From Lama guanicoe (lineage: Eukaryota): a stretch of DNA of 64,000 bases. The notes below the pieces were generated by a model, which worked only from the letters and a program-made list of their open reading frames with translations, was not told the DNA's origin and did no database searches. A program made the position numbers and the translations under genes. Within the stretch, counting starts at the first letter, position 1; every line of letters begins with the position of its first letter. Shown here one piece after another: positions 1 to 12,239 of this stretch. Location of the stretch: contig MU053881.1 of the NCBI GenBank assembly GCA_013239625.1, positions 1,736,001 to 1,800,000 of the forward strand, in the 5' to 3' direction.

Positions 1-909
1 CCGTGTGTGCGGTGCCATGTGGCGGTAGGAACCAGGGGAAACAGGGTTAGGGTTGCCAGTGGGGAGTCGGCTGGACTGCAGTCTCAGACACGGTGGTCGG
101 AAGAACCTCTCCCGCGGGAAATACCTGAGTGGGAAGGGTGGGAGCGAGCCCCGCTCTCTGGGGAAGAGCGGTCCAGACCGAGCGCTCAGTGAGCGGGGCC
201 GCCCCTCTCCAGGAAAGAGAAAGCAGAGTGGGAGAAGTGCCGGTGTCAGACTCTATCTTAACCTTGGCAACTAGGGTGCACCCCTCGGGCGGGACCAGCT
301 GCGGGCTCGGGACCTGACCAGGCTCCGTGCGGCGCATCTGAGGATCGGATTCGAAGGAGATTTGGAATCGCACGGAGCAGACTCCCATTCTTCCACGCCG
401 CATTTTAGGCAAGGATTCCGTCCGCTTAGACGTGGTCACGTCCCTGGAGGTACACGCTCCTGCTCCTCCCGCCGCCGGGAGGGGAGAAGCCGGACTCTCA
501 GAGGAGCCCAAGCGGGTGTCCTAGTCCCTCCCCTCCGTCTCCGGGCCCCGCCTCCCTCGGGGCTCCGCCTTGTACAGGCCCCGCCTTCCCCAGCCCCCGC
601 CCTCCCCGGGTCCCGCCTTCTCCGGGCCCCGCCCCTCGCCTCAGACTCCCTCCGACTCAGATCCTAATCCGCTCTGCCTTGCCCCGCCTCAGTTATGGGA
701 GTGATCCCGCCCCTACGGCCGAGACTCCGCCCCCACCCGCTGTATTTAAGGAGCTGAGCTTCAACGATTGGTCTGAGTCAGAGACCCGGGTTCCTAATTG
801 GCTGTGGTGTACTGCCGGCTTTCCGCAGAGAGACATGACCCGGAAGTGATTCCTGAAGCTCCGCGTGGGTTTGCATCTGAGGTGCTCGATTGCCCCCACG
901 GTCGCTGCG

Positions 910-1069
910 ATGACCAAAATGAAGGCAGATTCGGATGGGCGGGAGGCTCAGGCGGACGCGTGCAGCGGGGAGCGCACTTACCATGAGCTGCTGGTGAATC
1001 TGAACCCCATTGCCCAGCCCCTGGCTTCTCGCCGCCTCACGAGGAAGCTCTACAAATGCATCAAGAAAG
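910..1069 (+). CDS. NHP2: H/ACA RNP subunit 2, coding exon 1
   Basis: MTKMKADSDG...YHELLVNLNPIAQPLASRRLTRKLYKCIKK matches NHP2; donor G|gtgcgg at 1070. Confidence 0.97.
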
Positions 1070-1149
1070 GTGCGGCGGACCTGGGTGGGCCGGGCCGGGA
1101 CGCGGGTGGTGGGTCAAGGGCCCCCAGACTGACTCTCCTGTCGTGGCAG

Positions 1150-1219
1150 CCGTGAAACAGAAGCAGATTCGGCGCGGGGTGAAGGAGGTTCAGAAATTTA
1201 TCAACAAAGGCGAAAAAGG
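1150..1219 (+). CDS. NHP2: NHP2 coding exon 2
   Basis: ggcag| acceptor; AVKQKQIRRGVKEVQKFINKGEKG; |gtaaga donor; phases consistent. Confidence 0.97.
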
Positions 1220-1449
1220 GTAAGAACCCCCTCCCGCCGGATTTTGCTTTTCAAAACGGTCCCAAAGTATCCCTGCTACTTAGTAAGGTAGTCGGTAAGA
1301 GTGCTCTGACAGCCTCATATGCAGAAGATAATTAGTTGGTAAATTCTCTTCAGTACAGATGCCGATACATACTCGAGCTCAAAGGGACACCACGGGGAAA
1401 GTGAATTCCAAGGGAAGCGAATCGTATAAGCCTACTCACTTAGGGTAGA

Positions 1450-2640
1450 TCCCAGCTTCATTCATTCAGCGACTATTTACTGAGTGTCTACTCTTTTTCA
1501 GGCACTGTGCTATGGGGAGACAATGACATTAATCAACTACACACAAAATTACAAGTTGTAGAAAGAAAAGGATAGGGTGCAGTGAGGATGACTTCATTAC
1601 CCTACATCTCTCTTTTCTGGCATTTATCAGAATCTGAAACTTACTTGCATATTTATTCCCTGTATCTCCCACTCAGGCTAGATAGTAAGTTCTTTAAGAA
1701 CAAGATAAATCCTCTGACCGACTGCTTTATTTCCAGAAGTGTCTGGTACATTGTAGGTGCTCAAGAGATAAGTAATGCTTGTGGGGATTTGATGCTCACT
1801 GAGGAGTCTGACCTAGGTGGAGTAGCTGAGGTCTGAAGATACAGGAATTGGTGTGTGTGTTTGGCGGGACGCAGGGCATTCTGTGAGAAGAAAAGTGGAT
1901 CCGGGGCAGGAGAAGGTAGTGGTGTGCAGAAGTGTTAAACTCTCTCATGGGGCTTCATAAGCTGTGGTAAGTTTAATTTTTGTACTCAAGAGCTTTGGAC
2001 GCCAGAAGGCTAAAGCCAGGGAGTGACATAATTATGTTTACACCTTAAGATTTTTCTGGAAACTTTGGAAAGGATCAGAGGTGGAAGAAGAGATGGGGAA
2101 ATTGAGATAGGAGGCTGCTGCGGTGTAGAAGAGGCGAGGGCAATTTTGATTACGATGGTGATGGCAGAGATGGAGAGAATTAAAGTTGATAGACGAGAGG
2201 ATTTTCGGACGTGGATAGAGGATGTATGGATGCCAGGCAAACGGACAGAGGGCCCACTCATGAGACAGTGAACAGTGGAGGGGGCCAGATTTGTATGGGA
2301 AGATCGCGAGTTTGGTTTTAGACAAGTTTTTGAGGTGCCTTTTAAACGCATCACCCCTTTGCCCAGAGAACTGTCAGACGGGCCCGTGGCTATTTGGTTT
2401 TGCAGCCTGGGAGAGGGTCTGGCTGGAGAGAATAGATTTGGGGGTTGTCAACACATAGACAGCACTTGAAGCCGTGGTTATGGATGGGGTCAGCTGAGTG
2501 CTGACAGGGTAGCCAAGGACCAAGCTGTGGGAACACCAGCACTTAAAGACTACTCAGAGGAAGAAGAGCCTGCAGAGGAGGAGAGCCTACATGACAAAAG
2601 GAAAACTAGGGGTGTGTGTGCAGTGCTTTGAACCAAGAGC
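1450..2640. mobile_element. degenerate L2/MIR remnants in NHP2 intron 2
   Basis: L2-like motifs (cattcattcagc, tatttactgagtgtctact, gtaggtgctcaa) and a purine-rich L2-like body; boundaries approximate. Confidence 0.55.
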
Positions 2641-3369
2641 TCTTTCCTTGTGTTTTCCTCTCACTCCCCTGCGGAACAGACTCTTCCTCTGTGTCTTCAG
2701 GAGTTCAGAGGCCCTTGCCCCAGAACCCTGACACTTTAGCAACTAGGAGCCCTAACTGAGGGTTCTCTGGCAAGCTTTTTTTGGTTCCCTGTCACTCTAG
2801 GGACTGAGCCTTACACTCAGGGCCCTTGGGTATGGCCCTGCTAATCTCTTTAGCCTTCTTGTCTGCCCCATCCCCATCCTGGATTCCAAAGCCATCCCTG
2901 GCTCCCCACAGCCAGCCCCTGTGTATCTGGTGCCATTCTGATTCTCTCAACCTTAAAGGTTTTTCCCTGCCTCAGCCCCTCCATGGGCTGCCTGACAGAT
3001 GTTCATTTCAGCTTTCCATTCAGGTGTCACCTCCTGATTACTCTTTTGATTGTCCAGGAGAGCTGAGCTCTTACTCATTGGCATCCCTCCCATACCTTAT
3101 CTGTCCCAGCGCAATACTATTTGCCACACTTGGTGACATTTACTTATTGCCAAGCAATAGACATCACCTTCCCAGAGGAATGTACTCACCAAACAAATCT
3201 GCACACACTTCTAGAGTTTGGGAGACAAACATTAATAATTAGGCTCCTTGAGGTCAGTGACCATCTTGCCCATCTCTGTGCCCTCAAGGCCCATCCTTAG
3301 TGGTAAGGCACTCACAACTGAAAGAGGGGATGAGCAAGCTCAAAATGACAGTGGTTTCTCCCATTTCAG

Positions 3370-3475
3370 GATCATGGTTTTGGCAGGAGACACATTACCC
3401 ATTGAGGTATACTGTCATCTCCCAGTTATGTGTGAAGACCGGAATCTGCCCTATGTCTATATCCCCTCTAAGACG
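3370..3475 (+). CDS. NHP2: NHP2 coding exon 3
   Basis: tttcag| acceptor; IMVLAGDTLPIEVYCHLPVMCEDRNLPYVYIPSKT (L7Ae fold); |gtaaag donor. Confidence 0.97.
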
Positions 3476-4115
3476 GTAAAGAGCACGTGAGCCCCCCGAT
3501 CTTGGTCAGTGCAGGAGGAGGGGGTCTGGGGTTGGGTGTGTGGCAGCAGGCCACTGTGGGAAAGAGCACAAGCTTTGGAGTTGAGACAGGCCCGGATGGA
3601 TTCTTGGCTCTGCTGCTTCCTAGATGTGGGACTGCAGATAAGTTTCCTCTCTGCACTTGTGAAATGGGAATCCCCTTCTCCATGGACAGTGGGAATGAAA
3701 CAGAACGTGTACTTGGATGTGTTGGTCCTATTAGGTGGGTGCAGTGTCCAGAGGATGTGTTCTAGGGACCTGCCACTGTCCTTATCCTTACATAGCAGGG
3801 GCCATAGGTCTGGGGTCCAGGGAGTGGGGGATGGCAGGGACCTGGCAAGCACAGGCCCTGCCTAAGGGGACAGCCCCTGCTGGGCTGGAGCCCTTTCACA
3901 GTTGCTGGGTGGGAATATAGGCCCAGTGTTGCTGGACCACAGCTCGAACATTTGCTGAGCTTAAATGATGGCAACCAATTCAAAATGTTTTTAATGTTGA
4001 TGGACTAGCACGTCTGTGGGCTGGATTAGGCTGGTGGGTCATCACTATGAGACTCCCTGGTACACAGGTTATGTGGCTTTTTTTCCAAACAGCCTTTCTC
4101 TTTCCTTCTCTACAG

Positions 4116-4241
4116 GACCTGGGTGCAGCCGCTGGCTCCAAGCGCCCCACCTGCGTGATAATGGTCAAGCCCCACGAGGAATACCAGGAGGCCTACGACG
4201 AGTGCCTGGAGGAGGTGCAAGCTCTGCCCCCGCCCATGTGA
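4116..4241 (+). CDS. NHP2: NHP2 coding exon 4 (stop)
   Basis: ctctacag| acceptor; DLGAAAGSKRPTCVIMVKPHEEYQEAYDECLEEVQALPPPM*; exons sum to 462 nt = 153 aa + stop. Confidence 0.97.
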   Translation, partial: DLGAAAGSKRPTCVIMVKPHEEYQEAYDECLEEVQALPPPM

Positions 4242-4475
4242 AGGACTTCGGCAGCAACCTGGGCACCTGCTCCAGAATCTGTTGGGCTGGTGGCAGGCCA
4301 GCTGGCTGCCCTCCTGCGGCCCACACTCGCAGCATCTCCCTGGTCCCCGGAGGCACGGATTCTTCCCAGACAGCTCCAGCAGCTAGGTCTCCACAGCAAA
4401 GCCGGCAACTTCTCCATCATTGCTGTTTCCTGTTGAGCTTCAACGAAGACGGTTCCAAGAATGTGGTGTGGGGGA

Positions 4476-4515
4476 AGTAAATGCTGAAACTAAAATGTGA
4501 GCCTGTGGGTGTTTT
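4476..4515 (+). terminator. probable NHP2 poly(A) site (non-canonical hexamer)
   Basis: AGTAAA at 4476-4481 and ACTAAA at 4489-4494, followed by a GT/T-rich downstream element. Confidence 0.6.
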
Positions 4516-5832
4516 TTTTTTTAAACAGCAGCTACTCGTGGGGCCAAGGAGTTGGTGGGCAGGAAGGAGCAGAAGCAGGCTTTTTCACTGGAGAACCTGA
4601 GCCCTTCAGGAATGTTCAATGCCAATGCCTGGCTGTCAGGGCTGGTGCTAGACTCCAGCTGAGCAGACTCCGCTGCCCACCCCCGAGCTTTCCACGCCCG
4701 CTTCCAGAGTAGGTGGGAGCTGCAGGGTGAAGCAGCTGAGCCCAGACCCCACTGCACGGAGGCCGGTAGCCCTTGTCAGGGACACCCCAGTTCCTCTTCC
4801 TTTTTTCCCCAGGAGCCTTAAATGCCACTGGGAAGCTGACAGAAGCAATTTACCCACCCACAGTAAATTTTAAATAGGTATATGAAGCAAAATGCAAAGC
4901 CCCAGGCCATCCCTCCTGCCTGGCATAATGGCCCCAGTAACGTAATCCCTTAAACATTTTAGATTTATGGTGCCTTCCTGCTCTCAAAGGCCCCGCGCAG
5001 GACTCAGTACACCTAGCAACCAAGCTTCAGGCGCCCTGGGAAAAAACTGGAAAGATCTTGGGCTTGAGGGCTGGATCTGGTTTAAAACTCTAAGCTCTCT
5101 TTCTGATAAGCTGTGTGCCCTTCTGGGCAAGTCATTTCATCCTCCTACATCCCCCTCAGACTCATTCCTACTGAGAAGGTAATGAGACTTCATATATGCA
5201 TATGTAAACGTGCCTTGCCCAGGGCCTGACATCTCCCAGCTTTTTCTCCCAATCAGAGATGCAGGTTGGGTTCTTTCTGACTGAGCTGTGTGGCTACCAT
5301 GCTCCCACCGACAGCAGCAGCCAGGCCATGCCCGGTGCCTGTGCGCCGTGGGCACGTAGTAATGCTTCATCAGTAAAGCTAAAGGGTAGCGCAGGAAGGA
5401 GGCCTGTGAATATATTTGCTCAGTTATAAAACGAAGGCGTCAGGTTGTAACGTGGACTATTTACAGTGGGACGTGGACATGCAGCTGTGAGGCTGGCACT
5501 GGTGTGGCGGTCACAGACCCGGCTGAGCACAGGGACGGGAGACATCCGCTGTACTGGCCAAGCCCTCTGCTCCTCTGTCGGTTGCTACTAAGCAGCAAAA
5601 ATAAACAGGGAGAGACAGCAGGTATAGAGGCCAGCGTCTCCCTGCCCTCAGAGCCACGGAGCCAGCTGCCCAGTGCAGGATGCTTCACCTCCCGCCTTGG
5701 CCCCTGCCCGTGGTGGCACTCCTCAGCCAGTTGCTCTGAAATGAGCCACAGTCCATGGAAGCCAACCACCCCTACCGAGACAGGCCGAGGCTCTTGGATG
5801 AAAAATCTCTTTCGGCAAAGTTCAGGCAGGAA

Positions 5833-5896
5833 TCAGAATATGATGCGTTTGCCATCTGCGGGGTTCTGCTCCATGGGACAGTAGGGACACTTCAGC
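5833..5896 (-). CDS. RMND5B: RMND5B last coding exon (stop)
   Basis: ttgtag| acceptor; LKCPYCPMEQNPADGKRIIF*; nine exons sum to 1182 nt = 393 aa + stop. Confidence 0.97.
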
Positions 5897-5981
5897 CTAC
5901 AAGGGGAGGAGAAGCAAGAACGTCTCGGGGCTGGCCAGCAGACCAGCCAAGCCGAGGTAGAATGGTGAGCTGGGGACTTAC

Positions 5982-6136
5982 TTTCCTCCGTTAATGAGCT
6001 TGTTGAGTGCATCTCGGGAGATAACGTGGCCACAGATGAGCTTGATGGGAGGGTTGGAATCTGACGTCTGCTGGCGGAGGATGGGGCACGCGAACACTGA
6101 GTGGTACCAGCACTTCATGCCTAGTTCGATCTCAAT
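5982..6136 (-). CDS. RMND5B: RMND5B coding exon 8 (RING-type region)
   Basis: [52 protein letters not shown]; cag| and |gtaagt. Confidence 0.97.
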
Positions 6137-6227
6137 CTGGGGAGGCCAGCAGAGCAGTGAGTCCCACTTCCCGCGGCGGCTGTCCTCCCCTGCGCCTTCC
6201 GCCGCACCTCCCCCTGCCAGGCCTCAC

Positions 6228-6330
6228 CGGTAACTCGTCCTTGTGACTCCAGACCCCGGTGCACTGCCTCTGCTCAATCACAGCTTTGATGTTCATCAGC
6301 ACGGGCAGCGCCACACAGCCAGATGCAAAG
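6228..6330 (-). CDS. RMND5B: RMND5B coding exon 7
   Basis: [34 protein letters not shown]; ctgcag| and |gtgagg. Confidence 0.97.
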
Positions 6331-7502
6331 CTGCAGGACAAAGAGCAGAGGCTGGAGTGACCTCGCGAAGAACCCAGCAGACAGACAAAAGGACCAGCAC
6401 ACTGTCGTCGGGACATGACTCAGGACAGGGTTCCAAAGTGGCACATGATCAAATTGGTCCTTAAAAATCTCTCAGGTCACTCATAAAATGTGCTTGTGTG
6501 TGTCGAACTCTAGAGAGTCATTCTAATGCACCCCAAATTTTGAGAACTTACAGGAAAGACAAAAGGAGTATCCGGGGGCAGACATCTGCTCACCTAAGCC
6601 ACTGCTAAGTCCTGGGTGTGACAGGGGCAGTGATCAGTTTGAAAGGACCCCATCCTGCCTGTCTACCCCTCTGCTGTCACAGCGCACCTCTGCCACTGGT
6701 TATCAACCAGGGTGCTTAGAAATGGGGGAAGTGGATTCAGTTCTGACAACGATGGGGTGGGAGTGGGGAGCCGACTGGTTGGAGCCTTGGGTACCAAATA
6801 CCTACTATGCGCAGGGTGGTCGCGCACCACAGACCCGTCCTGTCTGAGGGGCCGGTGATGCTCCCGCTGGGAAGACTGTTCTATAACCCGAGTCCGTGGT
6901 AACAAATTGGAGGGTGGAGGCCACCACGCTGGAGCACGGCATGAGACCCCACAGCCAGGCTAAATAAAGGCACCGCCGTGGTGCGGGGTGCGGCGGGGCC
7001 GCGTCCAGGTGACCCTCATTCCCTGTGAGGCCCCAGGAGCCTGTCTGCTCATGGAAGATGAGGACAGCAGGACCTCTAACTCCCAGGTTTGTGTGAAGCC
7101 CTGAGAAGAATGTCACTGTAAAGGAACCCTTCCAAAGGAAAGCTCTCAGAACGCGTGACTCAGCCACTCTCAGGTCTCCCTGAGGGGAAACAGCTTTGAG
7201 AGATGAGCTGGTAAGAGGGCTGGGCTGTGACAATCCAGGGGTGAGGTGCAGGAGACACAGACCTTGTTCAAGAGATCTTACAAAATGGGAACCTTGACCC
7301 TGCTGCTGACCTTGTGGTGACCTCGGGCCACAGCTCTCCTAATCTCAGTTTCTCCAACTGTACAAACAAAGGTAATTCCTCCCTGGGAGAATGACTGAGA
7401 CAGCCATTTTAGGTAGGAGCACCGTCCCTCGATGTGGCCTTGGCAAACTGGGTTTCCCTCGAAACCCTCCCACTGGGGCTGTGCCCCCAGGGCCAGCTGT
7501 AC

Positions 7503-7668
7503 CTGACGCTGAGGGGGGACTCCACGGAAAGCCCCAGCAGGGAACAAGCATCCCGCGTAAAGGTCTCGCAGATCTCGGCCCAGTGGCTGCTGTCCAGGAG
7601 GTGGCAGTAGGGGGACTTCTCCAAGCCCAGCCGCAGGTACACCAGACTGCCCATCATCACCTGGATCT
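7503..7668 (-). CDS. RMND5B: RMND5B coding exon 6
   Basis: [54 protein letters not shown]; cctag| and |gtacag. Confidence 0.97.
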
Positions 7669-8451
7669 CTAGGAAGCAAGGGGATGTCAGGGCGCAGCCT
7701 CTCCCCAGGACTCTTCATCCAGCCCCAGGGCGGGGGCAGGGCTGCGGGGGCAGCAGGGGGAGCAGGCTGAGCCCTGTGGCTCCCAGGCCGGTGACCTGGC
7801 CAAGCAGGGATTAAAATGCCCTCCAGCAAAACCGGTTTTCTCCAGTGCGGAGGTGGGGCCTCTGGGCTGCTTCTGTGGGGCGGGGCAGGCGTGACCATGT
7901 GCAGCAGGTAGGGAGGGGCTTCAGTTCTCTTCCCACCCTTCCAGTCACATCCAGGCGCCCGTCTCAGGTTGGTGCTCACATCTCTATTCTCCAAACACTA
8001 GCTAACCTTCCTTTTTAAAAAGCTTTCAGGAGGCAGCAGTAGCTAGCTAAGATTTCGTAACATTGCTGGTGTTTATTTCTAAGTAAAACGTGAAGTAATA
8101 AGTATGAGTGGAGCTAAAGAAAAAAGTTACTGGCGGTCGGGTGGTTACTAATTGTGAACATCTGGAAAGTGAGGCTAAAACCAATGGGGTCTGGAAGTCC
8201 TGGTGTGAAGGCCAGTGGGTGGCGGTGAGCTCTAGGCGGGGCGTGTGTGGCACAGGGCAGGGGCACACCTGAGGTGGTGTGAGATGAACCTAGGAGGGTG
8301 CATCAGAGGCAGGCAAGGAAAGGCCTTGAGTCTGGAGTTCACCTGGGAGATGGTGGGGCAGGGACCACGTGGGGCAGGGACAGGCAATCCCGCACATGCT
8401 GACCCCTGGCCAGAGCCCAGCCGTGCCCACCCCGGCACCCGGGGCACATAC

Positions 8452-8618
8452 CCCGCTGGTGCAGCCGAGCAAAGGGCTGGAAGTGCCGGGCGTAGCTGAG
8501 GGCCTCTAGCTGCTTCTCGGGGCCGCCTGCCAGGAGGCGGATGAAGTGCAGTCGGTGCAGCTTGAACTCCAGGGAGCTGTTGAGCTCGAGCAGGCGCTGC
8601 CTGTGGGAGACGGCCCAC
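8452..8618 (-). CDS. RMND5B: RMND5B coding exon 5
   Basis: [55 protein letters not shown]; cccag| and |gtatgt. Confidence 0.97.
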
Positions 8619-8799
8619 CTGGGAAGGAAGGGGCCAGGTGAGCGTGGAGCCGGTGGCGCAAGGGAAAGGGCCCTGGCAGAGACTTCAAAAGCCTACGTGA
8701 GGCCCATGAGACAGGCAGGAGGCACGTCATGTACAGCGGGTGAGGTGAAGAACACAGACAAGCCCTGCCCCCCGCAGACCCCGCCAAGGGCCAACTTAC

Positions 8800-8900
8800 T
8801 CCAGTGCTGGCCCCAGGTCTTGTTCGTGCAGAGCTTCCAGGATTCGATTCAACTCCAGGAAAGGCTGCTTGAAATCCAAGTCCACGTTCAGCGTTGATTC
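8800..8900 (-). CDS. RMND5B: RMND5B coding exon 4
   Basis: ESTLNVDLDFKQPFLELNRILEALHEQDLGPAL; ctgtag| and |gtaagt. Confidence 0.97.
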
Positions 8901-9424
8901 CTACAGGGAGAGAGCAATCCACCCCTGGAGCACAGTGTTTCCAAAACTGTCTGCTCTGCACCTAATAAAACCTTATCCACAAAAGACAGGCTAGTGAGGG
9001 CCAGGTTTTGCATGAGAAGCCACAGCCTCCTGCCAGCCACCTGGACCCCTCATTTCCACCTCAGTTCTGGGAGGCTGACAGCTGCATGCTGGCCTCCCGG
9101 AGGGCAGATACAAATCCCACCCCACCTGTGGGGTACTGGGCACCCATACTGAGTAGCATGGAGAGAAAATTATTCCTTTTCAACCCTCATTACATTCAGG
9201 GAAGGCACCCTTTACTTCCACTGCTAGTGCGTCTCTAACCCTAACAAGGCTACTCTGCCATTTTACTCATCTTCCTTTTTAAGAAAGGGACTGTCAGGCA
9301 CTCAGAACCTGCCTGGCAATCAACTCTAGCTAGAAATTAATAACTTCACTTTTCATTGTAATATTTTTATAGCCACTTTCTATTTATGTCAAAGACACTG
9401 ATTTCTAAAATAAATTTATTTAAA

Positions 9425-10380
9425 GAAGCCACAAAAGCAAAAACAAACAAGTAGGACAACGTCAAATTAAATTTAAAGCTTCTGCACAACAAAGGAAACC
9501 ATCAACAAGATGAAAAGGTGACCTACTGAATGGAAGAAAATATTTGCAAATTACACATCTGATAAGGGGCTAATATCCAAAATATATAAAGAACTCACAT
9601 AACTCAATAGCAAAAAAAATAAGCAATCTGATTTTTTAAATGGACAGGAGATCTGAATAGGTATTTTTCCAAAGGCGGCAACAAAACGGCCAATGGGCAC
9701 ATGAATAGATGCTCTACGTCAGTAATCATCAGGGCAAGGCAAACCAACACCACAGCGAGACACCACCTCACACCTGTCAGAATGGCTGTTACCAGAAAGA
9801 CAAGAAAGAACAAGTGTTGGCGAGGACGTGGAGAAAAGGGAATCCTCATTCACCTCTGATTGGAGTGTAAATTACTGCAGCCACTGTGGATAACAGTATG
9901 GAGGTTCCTCAAAAAATTAACAAGAGAGCTACCATACGATCCAGCAATCCCACTTCTGGGTGTTTATCCAAAGAACCCCTGTGTTCATTGCAGCGTTATT
10001 TACAATAGTCCAGATGAGGAAACAACCTAAGTGTCCATCGACAGATAAATAATGAAAATGTGAGATATATATATAGAGATATATAGATATACGATATAAC
10101 ATTCAGCCATTAAAAAAAGGACATACTGTCATTTGTGATAACACGGATGGAGCTCAAGGGCATTATGCTGAGTGAAATATGTCAGCTGAGACAGACAAAT
10201 ACCATATCATCTCACATATATGTGGAATCTAAAAAACTAAAAAAATTTTCTAAAAAAGCCAAGTGCATACATGCAGAGAACAGATTGGTGGCTGCCAGAG
10301 GCAGAGGGTAGGGAGTGGGAGAAAACGGTAAACTGTTTTGAGTTTTTTAGTTTAAATAAATTAAATAAAAATTTTAAAAT
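9425..10380 (+). mobile_element. L1 fragment (ORF2 end + 3' UTR)
   Basis: typical L1 text (ttctgcacaacaaaggaaaccatcaacaaga, cacctgtcagaatggc, ccagcaatcccacttctggg); multiple stops. Confidence 0.85.
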
Positions 10381-10711
10381 AGATATTAACTCATTTAAAG
10401 AAAGAAGGCATCAACAGAAAGGGCCTGGTCTACAATGGAAGCAAAGTGAAGGAGAGGTCTCGAAGGGAACCTGGACTTCCCGTGCGCCGTCCAGATGCGA
10501 GGGTGCCCCGCGGGGCCTCCCGCCCACTGGAGACGGGTCTCTGAGAAAGCATACACCTATCAGACTCAGAGACTGACGATGCACATATCTGAGTCATGTA
10601 AACAAACTGACTTGTCTGGACACAAAAGATAAAAACAAAAAAGAGTAACAGGGACCTAATGTAAAGAAAACCACCAAGCAGAGAGCCAGCGCTCCCCAGC
10701 CGGCCCGTTAC

Positions 10712-10852
10712 CTGGCACAGCTCCTCGGCGACACTGAGCATGCCCTGCTGGTACAGGTGCTCCACGATGGCCATCTGCAGGATCTGCTGCTGCTTCTCCC
10801 GCGAGTCCCACACCGCGTCGGAGACTACACCGCAAATCTCAGAGTCAAAGTT
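10712..10852 (-). CDS. RMND5B: RMND5B coding exon 3 (LisH region)
   Basis: NFDSEICGVVSDAVWDSREKQQQILQMAIVEHLYQQGMLSVAEELCQ; gtcag| and |gtaacg. Confidence 0.97.
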
Positions 10853-10979
10853 CTGACGAGGACGAGAGACAGGGCGCTGTGACTCAGGCTTGCACTGCTC
10901 GCTCTGGCTTCCTGGGGAGCCCGCTGCGCACCAGTGGCAGGTACTCCCGCCCCAGGGCTGGAGCCGCCCACCTGCTCAC

Positions 10980-11125
10980 CCTGTCAATGGCTTTGCCCAC
11001 TCGGGAGACACTGCTGTGAATGTCCTTGTGGTCCGAAGCCAGTTTCTGCACGGTGTCTTTTATCTTCTGGCAGCACTGGGACATCACCAGGGAGAGGGTG
11101 GCTGAGAGAGGGGTCCCCTGGAGGG
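10980..11125 (-). CDS. RMND5B: RMND5B coding exon 2
   Basis: [48 protein letters not shown]; ctgcag| and |gtgagc. Confidence 0.97.
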
Positions 11126-12239
11126 CTGCAGAGAAACACTGGCAATGAGTTGGGACCCAGAGGAGCAGACCTTGTCCCAGCCTCCTTATTCTAAATGTCA
11201 GCACGGAGGCCCAGGAAGGAGCCCTGAACTGCAGACTGAAAGACTCAGCTTCTCCTCCTGTTTCTGCCACTTTTTAACTGCATGACTTGGAATTGGTCAA
11301 GTGGGACAAGCCGGTTCATCTCTTGGAGTCTTCATTTCCTCATCTGCAAAACAGGGGTGAGAGCACCAGCCTTGTAGGTTGCTGTGAATGAAGATGATTT
11401 GGCACTTAGGCACTTTGTTTTGGCTCATTCAGTCCTCACCATCATGCTCTGCAAGGGGCACTCTAAGGATCCCGTCCTATAGCCGAGGAAGCCGAGGAAG
11501 TAACTCGCCAGATCTCACAGCAGTGAGAGATCTGAAGCCCGCGTGCCTCACCACCACAGCGGATGGCTCCTTATCTTGAGGGAGATGCCATGCGGGAAGA
11601 CTCTGAACCATAAAGCGCTGTCCACTTGTTAATGCCCTTATTTGCCCAGAGGACACCAGGCAGGCCATGGTCTCCAGGGAAGCTCAGGGACACTTCTGGC
11701 TCTGGATTCCAGGCTCACAGTGATTTCCCCCTTTCTGGCTGGGCTGGAGCCACACCAACCACCAAGAGCATGTGAGACTTGGAACAGAGGAGGACAGACA
11801 GGGCATGGGGTCATTCCTTCCAGCCCAGCATCTACGCCCCTTCTTTAGATGGCAGCACCTCAGTTCAGGGAAGGAAACATGACACAAGGAAGGGAACGTG
11901 AGCCAAGAGGGCCAGGGAGCATCTCAGCTCCAAGATCAGAAGCCCTGGGAGACAGACGCATTCTGCCAGGTTATTAAACAAACTGAGGCTGCCGGAGCAC
12001 CATGGCCACCTCAGGGGACCACTGCTCTGAGAAGGAAGCCAGTGTAGATTGAGGGTATCACCTGAGCACCTAGACCCAGCTGGGCTGAACCTATCAGTCA
12101 CCTGAGTCTATAAACCCAGCACCCTCTCCCTTTTGTTTGTCTGTTATTTAAGCTATGTGGGCTGGGCTCCTGTCACTTGTAACTGAATGAGTCCTGACAA
12201 ATACAAACAGGAGGTGGTGGCTGGGCCACCCACCTACTC

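Larger units (their letters stand above)
1..1260 (+). promoter_or_regulatory. CpG island / NHP2 promoter
   Basis: CpG-rich; about nine CCGCC GC-box-like motifs at 545-735; inverted CCAAT (ATTGG) near 767 and 797; ETS motif CCGGAAGTG at 840-848, upstream of ATG 910. Confidence 0.85.

Noticed and set aside
43..54. gggttagggtt telomere-like motif upstream of the telomerase-complex gene NHP2
   Set aside because: Fewer than two units, which is expected by chance
1220..4115. Possible intronic snoRNA in NHP2
   Set aside because: I saw no convincing H/ACA or C/D box pair with stems, and the introns are largely L2/MIR-derived; an Infernal/Rfam scan would settle it
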